From Octopus vulgaris (lineage: Eukaryota), in assembly GCA_951406725.2 (NCBI GenBank), contig OX597840.1, positions 29,884,001 to 29,948,000 of the forward strand: a DNA stretch of 64,000 nt. The letters run 5' to 3'. A model generated the notes under the pieces. That model was not told the origin of the DNA. It saw nothing but the letters and a program-made list of their open reading frames with translations, and did not search any database. The position numbers and the translations under genes were made by a program. Shown here in pieces: positions 40,200-53,039 of this stretch. The stretch's first letter is position 1. The number at the start of each line of letters is the position of its first letter.

Positions 40200-40800
40200 G
40201 TAAAGATCCCTGCATTCTGAGAAAGAGAGGAAGAAAGAGTATTCTGTAAGCGTATGTAGAGATATGTTTATGATATGTTATAAACGATAGACCTGCATTT
40301 TGAAAAGAGGGACACAAAGGTATCCCCTGTATTGAGCAAACAGAAACTTAATTATAGAATGCTATAAAAAGACCCCTGCATTTTGAAGAGAGGATGCAAG
40401 AAAATTTCTGATATAACAGGAAAGAGAAACCTAATTATGAAATGTTATTAAAAGATCTTTGTGTTCTGAAAAGTGGGAACAAGAAAGTATTCCGCAAGAT
40501 CAAGCAGAAACTTGATTATGAAATGTTATAAAAAAAAAAGGGGCCCCCTTATATTTGGAAAGGGAGTTAGAAAAGAAGAGTTGGATGTAAGAGCAAGTGG
40601 AAACATAATTATGAAAGGTTGTAAGGAGGTCAGTGTCATTTGAAAAGGGAGAAAATATTTGGTAGTTTGTAAGAGCAGGTAGTTATATGATTAAAAAAAA
40701 TTCTTAAAAGGAATATTGCTATGCTTTGAAAGAGAGAAATAAAATGAAGAGTAGTCTAAGGGAGTGTACAGAGAAGGAATTGTAAAACGGTTTTTTTTGA
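40200..40800. repeat. Highly diverged ~83-bp tandem repeat, about 7 units
   Basis: CCTGCATTYTGA at 40209, 40292, 40375; GAAACnTAATTATGAAATGTTAT-like at about 40343, 40426, 40507, 40600. Confidence 0.7.
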
Positions 40801-41343
40801 GAAAAGAAGGACTTCTGTATTTCATTAAAAAATTATTATTGCTTGTAGTTTTGCTATATTCAATAGGAATTGGAGCACAAATAATTCTTCGGTCTTTCAG
40901 GAAGATTTTTCTCTGAAAATGTCAAGTCAGTCATTGGTGACTGTTCTGTCAATAATTAGCTATATTTAAAAACAGGGCAATTGCTCGTTTCATCCATTAG
41001 AAGCGAAAGAGGGGGAAAAAAGGGAGAAAAATACGAATAAAAATATTGGCTTTTAAAAATCAGCAAAATATCAAGAATTCAGTAGTTAAGTTATTCATAA
41101 AAAAGCAGAATAAAGTAAATAAATAAATAAATAAATGCATTTTTTTAAAATGGGCCAAAACAAATATTGAATTTAATGTGAATTTAAAAAAAAAAAAAAG
41201 GACCTTTAAAATTTGATTTAAAATCAGATCTTGATTTGAATATTGATAAATTAGTAATCATCAGACAAGTTGGTGGAATGTTCGGAAAAAAAGGGGGTTC
41301 TATGCATTAGTAATCAGAAAGGAAATTATGGCAAGATAAAACA

Positions 41344-41385
41344 GAGGCCACTGATGAGGGCATGAGTTCGAAACAACGTGACCTT
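41344..41385 (+). ncRNA. Degenerate minimal hammerhead motif
   Basis: GAGGCCA CTGATGA GGGC atga GTTC GAAA CAACG TGACCTT; core and stem II intact, cleavage site not canonical. Confidence 0.45.
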
Positions 41386-41579
41386 AATAGTAACATTAAT
41401 GTAGCTCTCTGGAAGAAATACATTATCTGCTCTGGTTGAAAGGGTGTATAAGGTGTATAAAGAGCTGTAATGGTGTATAATGGTTGTCACTCTTGTTTAT
41501 TTCTGCACAAATATTTGCAACGCACTATGCCTGTGTGTATAATATATACAAATGTGTGATATGTGTGTTTGTATATAAA

Positions 41580-41625
<46 letters not shown>

Positions 41626-41627
<2 letters not shown>

Positions 41628-41886
41628 GAGTCGTAGGATCGCGGTCTCGATTCCCAGACCGGGCGTTGTGAGTGTTTATAGAGCAAAAACACCTAAAAGC
41701 TCTACGAGGCTCCGGCAGGGGTGGTGATCCCTGCTGTACTCTTTCACCACTCTTTCTCTCACTCTTTCTTCTGTTGGCCTGCTCGCTTAGCCAGCGGGGT
41801 GGCATCATTCGAAGGCTAAAACAATGCAAACGCATTGTGACCAGCGATGTGTAACAACATCTGATGGTCTGGTCGGTCACGTGATC
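41626..41886 (+). mobile_element. SINE family D (tail type ii) in a TA tract
   Basis: Homologous to 44104-44345, 44898-45195 and 62670-62768. Confidence 0.85.
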
Positions 41887-42382
41887 ATGTGATATATATA
41901 TATATATATGCATACATGTTAAATATATGTATGTGCATATGTGTATATATACATGTGTTATATATATATGCACATGTGTGATACAGATAAGAGCATGTGT
42001 ATATATTTATGTACATGTGTGATGTATATCTGCGCATATGTATAAATGTATTATGTGTGTATATATGTGTGAGTGTGCATGTCTATATTTGTGCAAGTGT
42101 GTGTATATTTATGTACATGTCTGATGTATATATGTGCATATGTATAAATGTATTGTGTGTATATATGTGCATGTGTGTTTATTTATACATGTGTGTGTGT
42201 GCATGTCTATATCTGTGCAAGTGTGTGTATATTTATGTACGTGTGTGATGTATATATGTGCACGAGTACATGTGTTTTTTTCTTTATCCATTTTTCCATG
42301 TGGTAGGAGTTACATAAATATATTACTGAGTTGTTGCATTACAGCGAGATGCTCTTCCTGTCACAAACACTTAGCAGTTCCT

Positions 42383-42611
42383 TTAACTCTTTTAGCATTT
42401 AAACTGGCCATATCCAGCCAAGAGTATTCTGCCTGTTTTATGTTCAAACTGGCCAGATCTGGTCTCCCACACCAACCCTACAATATTGTTTTAAAATTAA
42501 CAGTTACCTCATCAAAATCTCATAGCTACAAGATAATGCCAGATTAGTTCAAAACAATGTGGATAAAAAAGGATTAATTTTGGCAGAATAATGTGAACAC
42601 TAAAGGGTTAA
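42383..42611. mobile_element. piggyBac-like MITE (family E)
   Basis: TTAA-CTCTTTTAGCATTT...CACTAAAGGG-TTAA. Confidence 0.75.
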
Positions 42612-42938
42612 ATAAGGGTTTTCTTTAATGATTTGTTGACAGAATAAGTGACATAACCACATCACTTGTAGCTCACATATTTTCACAGATTCCAAGTGTA
42701 AACAAACACACAGTGACACAAAATTGCACTCATAAAAGCACCCACTATACTCTTGATATGGTTGGCGTTAGGAAGAGCATCCAGCTGTAGAAACTCTACC
42801 AGATCAGATTGGAGCCTGGTGCAGCCACTGGCTTTCCAGACCCCACCCAAACCGTCCAACCCATGCCAGCATGAAAAACATACGTTAAAAGATGATGATG
42901 ATGATGATGATGATACACACACACACATATATACACAT

Positions 42939-42972
<34 letters not shown>

Positions 42973-43073
42973 CTCCCTTCATATAGTTATATACATATGT
43001 ATGTTATTATTAATTTAATGTATTAACTGCCTATAAGTTTTTATAGCATGCTTACTACTTGATAAAGATCATT

Positions 43074-43113
<40 letters not shown>

Positions 43114-43117
43114 TTAT

Positions 43118-43608
43118 TTTACTTGTTTCAGTTATTTGACTGCGGCCATGCTGGAGCACCGCCTTTAATCGAGCAACTCGACCCCGGGACTTATTCTTTG
43201 TAAGCCCAGTACTTATTCTATCGGTCTCTTTTGCTGAACCGCTAAGTGACGGGGACATAAACACACCAGCATCGGTTGTCAAGCAATGCTAGGGGGACAA
43301 ACACAGACACACAAACATATACACACACATACATATACATACATATATACGTTGGGCTTCTTTCAGTTTCCGTCTACCAAATCCACTCACAAGGCTTTGG
43401 TCGGCCCGGGGCTATAGTAGAAGACACTTGCCCAAGGTGCCACGCAGTGGGACTGAACCCGGAACCATGTGGTTGGTTAGCAAGCTACTTACCACACAGC
43501 CCGAGGCTATAGTAGAAGACACTTGCCCAAGGTGCCAGGCAGTGGGACTGAACCCGGAACCATGTGGTTGGTAAAGAAGCTACTTACCACACAGCCACTC
43601 CTGCGCCT
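43118..43608 (-). mobile_element. SINE family A with tandemly duplicated head
   Basis: About 43405-43500 is repeated at 43500-43595. Confidence 0.9.
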
Positions 43609-43801
43609 ATACATATATATATTATCTGTAAAAACCATAAATCTGAAAGAAGCCCACTCTAAGATACAGAGCTGTATATATTAGAAATAAACCCATACAC
43701 CAGCCTTCCTCATTTCATTCCTCCATCTGGCTGTTTTTCTCTCGGCAAAACAAAGAGTTGCATTATGGAACTGTCATTTTAACGAGATTTATTACTTATT
43801 T

Positions 43802-43907
43802 ATCACCCGACGAGATACATCCTCACTGCTGGATTCTCCTGAACCAGTTTTTTTGTGTGTCCCACAAGAGGAGTCGATACTGGATATGTCAAAACAATTG
43901 TTGTGAT
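43802..43907 (+). ncRNA. Degenerate type-I hammerhead with long stem II
   Basis: ATCAC CCGACGA GATACATCC...GGATATGTC AAAA CAATTG TT GTGAT; three stems present, two core substitutions (U4C, G12A). Confidence 0.55.
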
Positions 43908-44384
43908 TAATAATATTGTCTCGGATATTCCATTTTCTGTCTTTTATCTCTTAGCGGTTCGGCAAAAAGAGAACGATAGAATAAGTACTGGGCTTACAAA
44001 AGAATAAGTCCCGGGGTCGATTTGCTCGACTAAAGGCGGTGCTCCAGCATGGCCACAGTCAAATGACTGAAACAAGTAAAAGAGTAAAGAGTAAAAGAGT
44101 ATATGGAGGCGCAATGGTCCAGTGGTTAGGGCAGTGGACTCGCGGTCGTAGGATTGTGGTTTCGATTACCAGACCGGGTGTTGTGAGCGTTTATTGAGTG
44201 AAAATATCTAAAAGCTCCACAAGGCTCCGGCAGGGGTTGATGGCCATCCCAGCTGTACACTTTTGCCACAACTTTCTCTCCCTCTTTCTTCTGTTGGCCT
44301 GCTTGCTTAGCCAGCAGGGTGGCATCAGTTGAAGGCTAAAACCAACAATATATATATACATACATATATATATATATACATATA

Positions 44385-44795
44385 GGTAGTGGGTAGCGAT
44401 TTTCTTTACTACTTCAGCGAGTGACGAACCTGCCTGACATGAGTCCCGGGCTCAGCTGGCTCTGGCTGACAGTACCCGGTATAGGCTCCTATCTAGAGTT
44501 ACAGAAAGGAGAAAACCTTCAAAGAAATCCGGAGTAGAGCCCCATAGGTGGTTTAGTGTTTGACTCGACACTCTTCTGGCAGCTCCTGCAACCAAGCTGG
44601 TGCCAAGCATAATGCTCTGAATTCCTTTGGACTACATCAGCAAGGTCGACAGAGTAATCCTGACAATTGGGCTACCCAGGATTTCCTTACATCTAGCCCA
44701 GGCCTGCGCAAAACTGGAGAGGACATGAAATGTAAAAACCAGACTGGATTAGTTTATACGCAACTCCATTGTCTCTCGAGACAAAAGGATGCCAA
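44385..44795 (+). mobile_element. Probable non-autonomous RTE-derived element in (TA)n
   Basis: GC-richer 410-bp block between TA tracts; AAATCCGGAGTAGAGCCCC..AGGTGGTT resembles RTE 5' UTRs from memory; no good ORF. Confidence 0.4.
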
Positions 44796-44799
44796 CATA

Positions 44800-44833
<34 letters not shown>

Positions 44834-44856
44834 CGCATACGTATACATGCATATAT

Positions 44857-44887
<31 letters not shown>

Positions 44888-44897
44888 GAAAGAAAAT

Positions 44898-45194
44898 AGG
44901 CCTAGTGGTTAGGCAGCGGACTCGCGGAAAGTAGGATCGCGGTTTTGATTCCCAGACCGGGCGTTGTGAGTGTTTATTGAGCGAAAACACCTAAAGCTTC
45001 ACGAAGCTCCGGCAGGGGGGGGGATCCCTGCTGTACTCTTTCGCCACAACTTTCTCTCACTCTTTCTTCTGTTGGCCTGCTCGCTTAGCCGACAAGGTGG
45101 CATCATTTGAAGGCTAAAAAACAATGCGAAGCGCATTGTGACCAGCGATGTGTAACAACATCTGATGGCCTGGTCGGTCACGGTGATCACGGTG

Positions 45195-45195
<1 letters not shown>
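44898..45195 (+). mobile_element. SINE family D (tail type ii)
   Basis: GGCCTAGTGGTTAGGCAGCGGACTCGCGG...GGTCGGTCACGGTGAT. Confidence 0.85.
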
Positions 45196-45230
<35 letters not shown>

Positions 45231-45289
45231 ATATATTTGTGTACACACACACACACATATTCAAAACAACAGACGGATAATATATCAGT

Positions 45290-45367
45290 TCACTACAGCT
45301 GTTTCCAAAGAATTTTTAACTGATTAATGGAGACATTATGTTATTAGAGAAAAACATTTTCAGGTAA
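45290..45367 (-). ncRNA. Degenerate hammerhead-like motif
   Basis: Minus strand TTAC CTGAAAA ... GAAA CAGCTG TA GTGA; palindromic stem III ACAGCTGT; G8A substitution and weak stem II. Confidence 0.4.
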
Positions 45368-45849
45368 GTACATATGTATGTATATGTGTGTGTGTGTGTG
45401 TGTGTGTGCACGTGCGCTCAAACACACACACATGTAGGTTCATTTTAAAAGTTCTGAGGCAGCTTTAAGGCGATGCACAAGCACTCAGCTCTGAGCACCT
45501 TGTATCTTATAGCAGAAAGAACTGCAAGCTACTGAATTTGATTATGTAATTCCTGTTCTATTTATTTATCATTTAATTTCATATTATTCTCTGAACCCAA
45601 CTACTGCTTATTCTTTATTGCGGTGGTGGTGGTGGTGGTGGTGATGAAGACCACAACAACAATAAAGACAATGATGATGATGATGATGATGATGATAACA
45701 ATAGGAATGTATGTCTGCTAACACAAAAAAAAAAAGAAGTCCCATCAAGGTCAAAGTAAACAGAAGTTAATTCCCAGAAGACTTTCTATGTTTTCTTCGG
45801 TGTCTTCTTTCATTCCAATTAAATCAAATGCCGTCTTATTTAATTTGAT

Positions 45850-46688
45850 TAATGAATGATGATGATGATGATCATCATCATCACCATCATCATCATCACC
45901 ATCATCATTATCATCATCATCATCATCATCACCACCATCATCATCACCACCTTCATCATCGCCACCATCGTCATCATCATCATCATCATTATCATCGTCA
46001 TCATCATCACCATCATCATCATCATCACCACCACCACCATCATCATCATCATCACCACCACCACCAATAAATTAAGTACCAGTTACGCACTGGCATCAAT
46101 GTAATTGACCTAATCCGTTTGTCTGACCTTGTTCGTCCTCTCTGTGTTTAGCCCCTTGTAGGTATTAAAGAAATAGGCTTGACCGGAACTGGTAAGCCAG
46201 AGAGCCGCACCAGGCTCCTGTCTATGGCTTGATGCCCTTCCTAATGCCAACCACTCTACAGAGTGTACTGGGTGCCTTTTACATGTCACCAACACGGGTG
46301 TCCCTTATGTGTCACCGGCACAGGTGCCTTTTATGTGTCCCTGGTACTTGGCCTGACATGTCTACTCAAACACCAGAAATCACCAAAAGTCTCCGTCCTT
46401 TGTCATCACCTCCTCTGTGAAGCTCAGCATCCAAAGATCATACTTCACCACCTCATCCCATGTCTTCCAGGCTCTTCTTCTTCTACAGGTCCCCTCAGCA
46501 AACAGAACAACTTGAAGTGGTATCAAAAAGTTCCCAGACTAGTTCTATAGCATGCCAACAGATGGCAGCACAGAGTTGCTAGCACAGTGAATGCCTATCA
46601 TCATCATCATCACCACCACCACCACCGTCATCGTCATCATCATCATCATCTTCATCATCATCATTTTCATCATCATCATCACCATCAC

Positions 46689-46750
<62 letters not shown>

Positions 46751-46985
46751 CCACCATTATCATCATCATCACCATCATCATTTTCATTTTCATCATCGTC
46801 ATCACCAACTTCATTAGCATCATTCTTACCTTTGTCGCCATCACTGTCGTCATCGTCAAAGTCTTGATTGTCATCATCACCATTATCATCATCATTGTCA
46901 TCGTCTTCCTCCCCTTCTTCCTCCTCCTCACCATCTTCATCAACATCATCAACTTCTCCATCGTCATCATCATCATCATCATCAA
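45850..46985. repeat. (CAT/CAC)n arrays (45850-46066, 46597-46985) around SINE B and C fragments
   Basis: Direct reading; source of the poly-H/D ORFs. Confidence 0.9.
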
Positions 46986-47307
46986 ACATTGTTCCTGTTG
47001 TATGCTGGGATAGGTTGGATAGTTTGACATGATCTCCTCAGCCCCAAAGACTCCATTCATGCCCCAGTGTACAGTGGACATGGTTTCTTTGGCTGCATGC
47101 CCTTTCCAATGCTAATCCCTTCAGTTGTGTGCATCTGTGTGTGTGTATACATGCACGTGTGTATGTGTCTGTGTGTGTATATGCATATGTGTGCATGTGC
47201 ATGTCTTTGTGTTGCTGTTTGTCTCCCATCACTGCTTCACAACTGGTTTTAGTTTCTTTAAATCCCATGACATAGCAGTCCAGAAAAGGAGACTGACAGA
47301 TTAAGCA

Positions 47308-47855
47308 GGCGAACTGGCAGAAACGTTAGCATGCTGGGTGAAATGCTTAGCGGTATTTCGTCTGCCGCTATGTTCTGTGTTCAAATTCCACCAAGGTCGA
47401 CTTTGCCTTTCATCCTTTCGGGGTCGATTAAATAAATACCAGTTATGCTCTGGGGTCGATATAATCGACTTAATCCGTTTGTCTGTCTTTGTTTGTCCTC
47501 TCAGTGTTTAGCTCCTTGTAGGTAGTAAAGAAATAGGTATTTTGTCTGCCGTTATGTTCTGAGTTCAAATTCCGCTGAGGTCAACTTTGCCTTTCATCCT
47601 TTCAGGGTCGATTAAATAAGTACCAGTTATGCACTGGGATCAATGTAATCGACTTAATCCGTTTGTCTGTCCTTGTTTGTTCTCTCTGTGTAGCCCCTTG
47701 GGGGTAGTAAAGAAATAGGTATTTCGTTTGTCTACGTTCCACCCAGGTTGACTTTGCCTTTCATCCTTTCGGGGTCGATTAAATAAGTACCAGTTACCAT
47801 TTGTCTGTCCTTGTTTGTCCCCTCTGTGTAGCCCCTTGTGGGCAGTAAAGAAATA
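47308..47855 (+). mobile_element. SINE family B trimer with 10-bp TSD
   Basis: AGATTAAGCA at 47298-47307 and 47856-47865; units joined by GTAAAGAAATAGGTATTT. Confidence 0.85.
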
Positions 47856-48920
47856 AGATTAAGCACCACACTTGAAAAAGAAAAATATGTCTTGTGATCT
47901 ATCTCTTCAACTAAAACCCTTCAAGCTGGTGCCCCAGAATGGCCACAGTCCAATGCCTGCTACAAACACAAGCTTGCTTCTTAAATACTATTTGCATTGT
48001 CTTAATACTGAAAATATCTGCTGGCTTTCACACGTGGATTCCATCCATGAATTATAACTCTGTCTCATTGCTTGTATTTCCCAAGGGCAAGAAACATAGT
48101 AAAACTGTTATACGCCCTCTTGTTTGTTTTCCTAATAAATCTTAGATTTTTTCTGTCGGCATAGAAACAACAATAAATCAGAAACAATAGATACATCGAA
48201 GAAAAGAAAATGTTTGAGATTTCTTTTCTTTTCTTTTTTTTTTGCTTTATTTTCGTTTTTGTGTATTTTTGTTACTGATTCCTGATATTAGGCTGCGTCC
48301 ATTCTGGAGCTCTGCTTTTAAGAGTCTTTGTTAATCAGAGGTTTAATAAAACACGACCAACACATTTAAGTCTTCCTATAAGAAAGGAGCTGGTTTTTAA
48401 CAAAGATACAAAACTCTGTTGTTGGAATGGAGAGAAAAACAAAAAAAAAACCCGATAAAATAAACCATGCTACAGGCTAAACTGAGAAAAGACTCGCATA
48501 TTTTAACTGTTCCACTTGTAGTTTGCGCCTGTGACGTTCAAGTCAGCTGGTTGGTGTGTTTACCTGAAAACTTTAACTCTTCCTGATTGTGTGTGTATAT
48601 GCTGGTGTGTTTACGTCCCCGTCACTTAGCAGTTCGGCAAAAGAGACCGATAGAATAAGTACTAGGCTTACAAAGAATAAGTCCTGGGGTCGATTTGCTC
48701 AACTAAAGTCAGTGCTCCAGCATGGCCACAGTCAAATGACTGAAACAAGTAAAACAGTAAAAGAGCATACTACAGGCTAAACTTGAGAAAAGACTTGCAT
48801 ATCGTTACTGTGCCACTTGCAAATTGTATCTGTAGTGTTCAAGTCAGTTGGTTGGTGTGTTTACCTGAAAACCTTAACTCTTCCTGATTGGCACTTAGGC
48901 AATTTACTCAGACAACCAAT

Positions 48921-49415
48921 GTCATCATCATCATCATCATCATTTAGCATCCGCTTTCCATGCTAGCATGGGTTGGACGGTTCAACTCGGGTCTGGGAAG
49001 CCAGAAGGCTGCACCAGGCTCCAGTCTGATCTGGCAGTGTTTCTACGGATGGATGTTCTCCTAACGCCAACCACTCCGTGAGTGTAGTGGGTGCTTTTTA
49101 TGTGCCACCGGCACAGCTGCAAGACGGGGCTGGCAAACGGCCACGGTCGGATGGTGCTTTTTATGTGCCACCGGCACGGGGGCCAGGCAAGGCTGGCAAC
49201 GGCCATGATCGGATGGTGCTTTTTACGAGCCACTGGCATGGGGGCCAGGCAAGGCTGGCAACGGCCACGGTCGGATGGTGCTTTTTATGTGCCACCGGCA
49301 CGGGGGCCAGGCAAGGCTGGCAACGGCCACGGTCGGATGGTGCTTTTTATGTGCCACTGGCACGGGGTCCAGGTCAAGGCTGGCAACAGCCACGATTGGA
49401 TGGTGCTTTTTACGT
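48921..49415 (-). mobile_element. Family C retroposon with about 5 62-bp units
   Basis: (CAT)n tail at left; unit GGTGCTTTTTATGTGCCACCGGCACGGGGGCCAGGCAAGGCTGGCAACGGCCACGGTCGGAT. Confidence 0.9.
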
Positions 49416-49566
49416 GGGAATTTATAATCTGGATATAAAACCTGGAGGTTTCAAAGCAGCTGTTCATAATTATCCTCATTTTCTTCAACTTTTGAAGAGA
49501 TATTCCCATCAGCAAGGCAGACAATTTCTTCGATGGTCCATACTTTTTTCTTCTCAGTCCCAAATA

Positions 49567-50168
49567 GGCGCTGGAGTGGCTGTGTGGTAAGTAGCTTACT
49601 AACCAACCACATGGTTCCGGGTTCATTCCCACTGCATGGCATCTTGGGCAAATGTCTTCTACTATAGCCTCGGGCCGACCAAAGCCTTGTGAGTGGATTT
49701 GGTAGACGGAAACTGAAAAGAAGCCTGTCGTATATATGTATATATATATATATATATCATCATCATCATCATTTAACGTCCGTTCTCCATGCTAACATGG
49801 GTTGGACGGTTCGATCGGGGATCTGGGAAGCCAGAAGGCTGCACTAGGCTCCGGTCTTATCTGGCAATGTTTCTACAGCTGGATGCCCTTCCTAACGCCA
49901 ACCACTCCGTGAGTGTAGCATATATATATATATATATGTATGTGTATATGTTTGTGTGTCTGTGTTTGTCCCTCTAGCATTGCTTGACAACTGATGCTGG
50001 TGTGTTTACGTCCCCATCACTTAGCGGTTCGGCAAAAGAGACCGATAGAATAAGTACTGGGCTTACAAAGAATAAGTCCTGGAGTCGATTTGCTCAACTA
50101 AAAGGCAGTGCTTCAGCATGGCCACAGTCAAATGACTGAAACAAGTAAAAGAGTAAAGAGTAAAGAGT
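49567..50168 (+). mobile_element. SINE family A with nested family C (49757-49920, -)
   Basis: C fragment sits in the internal TA tract. Confidence 0.9.
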
Positions 50169-50833
50169 AAACAATAATCTTCAGCCTGTTATGTTTACCC
50201 TTGGTGGAAGATTTTGATGAGAATATTTTACCAATATTCCTTGTATTGATGTTTGTGTGTGTATACAAAACAGACGACAGGCTCTTTTCCCCAAATGGAA
50301 TTGTATATTGTTTTAGTGACAACATCATGTCACACAGGAAGGTTTGATTACATTTTTAGGCAACTGCTATTCACGATAATCTGTCATAACCTACATTTCC
50401 AGTCCCCAATGGCTTTACCGTTCTAATATTTATTACCTATTTTGTAGCAATATCTTGTTCTTTAATTACAAATGCAGAGCCTTCAAAATGTGTTGTGATG
50501 TATGTGTGGGCATCATCGTTGTCATCGATGGTTTGACAAGAGCTGGCAAGCTAGAGAGCTGCACCAGGCTCTATTGTGTGTTTCAGCCATGGTTTCTGTG
50601 TCTGGGTGCCATTCCTAACACCAACCACTTTACAGAGTGTAATGGGTGCCTTTTAGGTGTCACCAGCCCCAGTGGGAGCACCAAGAAACTTTCATGACAA
50701 AAACTGCTGACATACATACTTATACACATGTGTGTATGTATGTATGTATGTATGTATGTATTTGTATGTATGTATGTATGTATGCATGTATGTATGTATG
50801 TATGTATGTATGTATGTATGTATGTATGTATGT

Positions 50834-51343
50834 ATTGATCGTAGCAGGTGGAGAAGGATTGTGCACGAGGGGACAGCCGCTTTTGAGAAATCTCGAGTTG
50901 CACATGAGAAAGTAAGGAAGGATGTCAGGAAGGGCATCGCTGTTACACTTCCAGATGGGAAGGGTCTTCCAATGATGCTGACATGCAGTGTCTGTGCAAG
51001 ACCCTGCCTCAGTAAAGCTGGACTCAAGAGTCATCTTCGTAGCCATAAAACGAGACAGATGAGTGACAACCTGGCCACTGGTGGTGGTGTAACACACTTT
51101 ACTAATCATATCTGTCGGGCATGTGGAAGAGAGTGTAATTCGGCAGGAGGACCTAAACGACATGCAAAGGTACATGAAGCCCAGTTACAACTACAGCCAG
51201 CTATTGCCAGTAAAGGTTTTAGCTGCCAATTCTGTACAAGACATTGTAGATCTTTAGCTGGGCTAAAAAGTCACATTCGATCACAGCACCAGTAAAGGTT
51301 AAGCTTCGTGCAATGGCCATATTCGATAACGAGGGGGCAGCCA
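50834..51343 (+). mobile_element. 5'-truncated RTE-clade LINE 3' end with an open C-terminal frame (50834-51295) encoding three C2H2 zinc fingers
   Basis: DRSRWR motif, then CSVC..HLRSH, CRAC..HAKVH, CQFC..HIRSQH, stop, short 3' UTR and ATGT tail; embedded in (ATGT)n. Confidence 0.85.
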
Positions 51344-51392
51344 TAATGTATGTACATACGTACGTACGTATGTATGTATGTATGTATGTGTG

Positions 51393-51891
51393 CACGGTCG
51401 GGCCATCGGCGACTAAACTGGCGACCCCACCAAGCTTGCTTGGTGAGGAGAGTGTTTATTGGACACCCTGCGGGATGAAAAACAAAACCCGTCAAAGGGC
51501 GGAGGAACTCTTGAGAGTCAACGGCCATCCAATAAATGTCTTAAGGCTGTATCTTGCGCGGGGACCTAGAAATAATCGGACTGAATACCCGATCGCGCGG
51601 TTAAACAATTGGGAGTGAAGGACTCCTAGCCTTTGTTAGAGCATCCTTCTAGGAGAAGGTAACTCAGGTAACCGGGATAACTCTGACATAAAACCTGCGG
51701 CTCAGTGGTTAACAATGATGTCGACTTGTTCTTCTTTTCGGATTATGGCTGCTGTTGCTTAGTGGGTGGGATTGACTCAGTGCACAGTCTTTCCTCACTT
51801 TAAAAAAAAACCTTCTTGCACAGGCATTGCACAATAACAACATTGATTAAGCTTCGTGCAATGGCCATACTCGATAAAGAGGGGGCAGCCA
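51393..51891 (+). mobile_element. Non-autonomous RTE derivative sharing the LINE 3' tail
   Basis: Last 45 bp (51847-51891) match 51299-51343 with 2 mismatches; the upstream part has no meaningful ORF and contains an RTE-5'UTR-like CTAGGAGAAGG. Confidence 0.75.
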
Positions 51892-52172
51892 CCATGTGTG
51901 TATGTATGTATGTATGTATGTATGTATGTATGTATGTATGTGTACGTATGTATGTATGTATGTATTTATGTATGTTTGTATGTATGTATTTATGTATGTA
52001 TGTATGTATGTATGTATGTTTGTATGTATGTATGTATGTACGTACATATGCATGTATTTATGTATGTTTGTATGTATGCATGCATGTATGTATGTATGTA
52101 TTTATGTATGTATGTTTGTACGTACGTATGTATGTATGTATGTATGTACGTACGTACGTATGTATGTATACG

Positions 52173-52211
<39 letters not shown>

Positions 52212-52701
52212 ATATGTTTGTGTGTGTGTGAGAATCGAAGCGTATATATTATGCATGTATATACATTCATTAGGTGTGAGCTAGAAAAACTATGTATAGA
52301 AAACACATGTGTTTGAATGAATTTAAAATGAATCTCCTGCTTCCCCCCCACCCCAGGGCAGGACCCACAGTTGTCAAGTGGGGTTGGGCTCAATGTAGCC
52401 TCTGCATGCAACTGGGTAACTTGTCCCCAGTTGCATTATTCTGACTTTTTGTGAAGCTTGCCGACAAAAATTATAATTATTCCGTAACTTTTCGCTTCCT
52501 GAAACAGCTTACGACTTTCATAATTTCTTGATATTTCATTCTATATTTATTCTGCTCCTAACTATGTATATATCTGCATTTCTACCTCTCCATCTCTTTC
52601 TCTCTCCCTCTCCTTCTCTAGCCCCCACCCACACACACATAATGTATTGTTTTATGATAGATAATTCAACAAAAAAGCACTCCATCTGGTGAGAGATAAA
52701 C

Positions 52702-52995
52702 ATTATTTATTTAAAGGGCACCATACATGTCTAAGTGCTACTAATAGTTTTATATGTTGAGAAACATCTCAACCACATTTTTCAGGTGCAAATCACCACA
52801 TAACGAACTAAAGAAATTTGAATAATAGAAAGAAAAGCCAAAAATCTGAGAAAGCACAGAAAGTAAAAATCATTTTTTTTTTAGTTCGTTATGATTTGTG
52901 GTTTTTGCCTGAGGAATATGTTTATGATATTTCTCAACGTCTGAAACTATTAATAGCCCTTGAAAAAGACACGTATTGCATCATTTAAATAAATA

Positions 52996-52997
<2 letters not shown>
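52702..52997. repeat. Diverged inverted repeat of the 6058-type cassette, with hammerhead-like motif at 52906-52958
   Basis: Arms ATTATTTATTTAAA...ATAACGAACTAAA / TTTAGTTCGTTAT...TTTAAATAAATAAT; CTGAGGA...GAAA CTATTAA TA GC. Confidence 0.65.

Positions 52998-53039
<42 letters not shown>

Noticed and set aside
45849-47081. His-rich or Asp-rich proteins
   Set aside because: (CAT/GAT)n repeats; identical tracts occur throughout the window.
49416-49565. piggyBac transposase N-terminus (WTIEEIVCLADGNISS, minus strand)
   Set aside because: Too short and only vaguely similar; no TIR or TTAA found.
50732-51295. Host C2H2 zinc-finger gene
   Set aside because: The N-terminal part is ATGT repeat, TGEKP linkers are absent, and the DRxxWR motif and shared retroelement tail point to a LINE.
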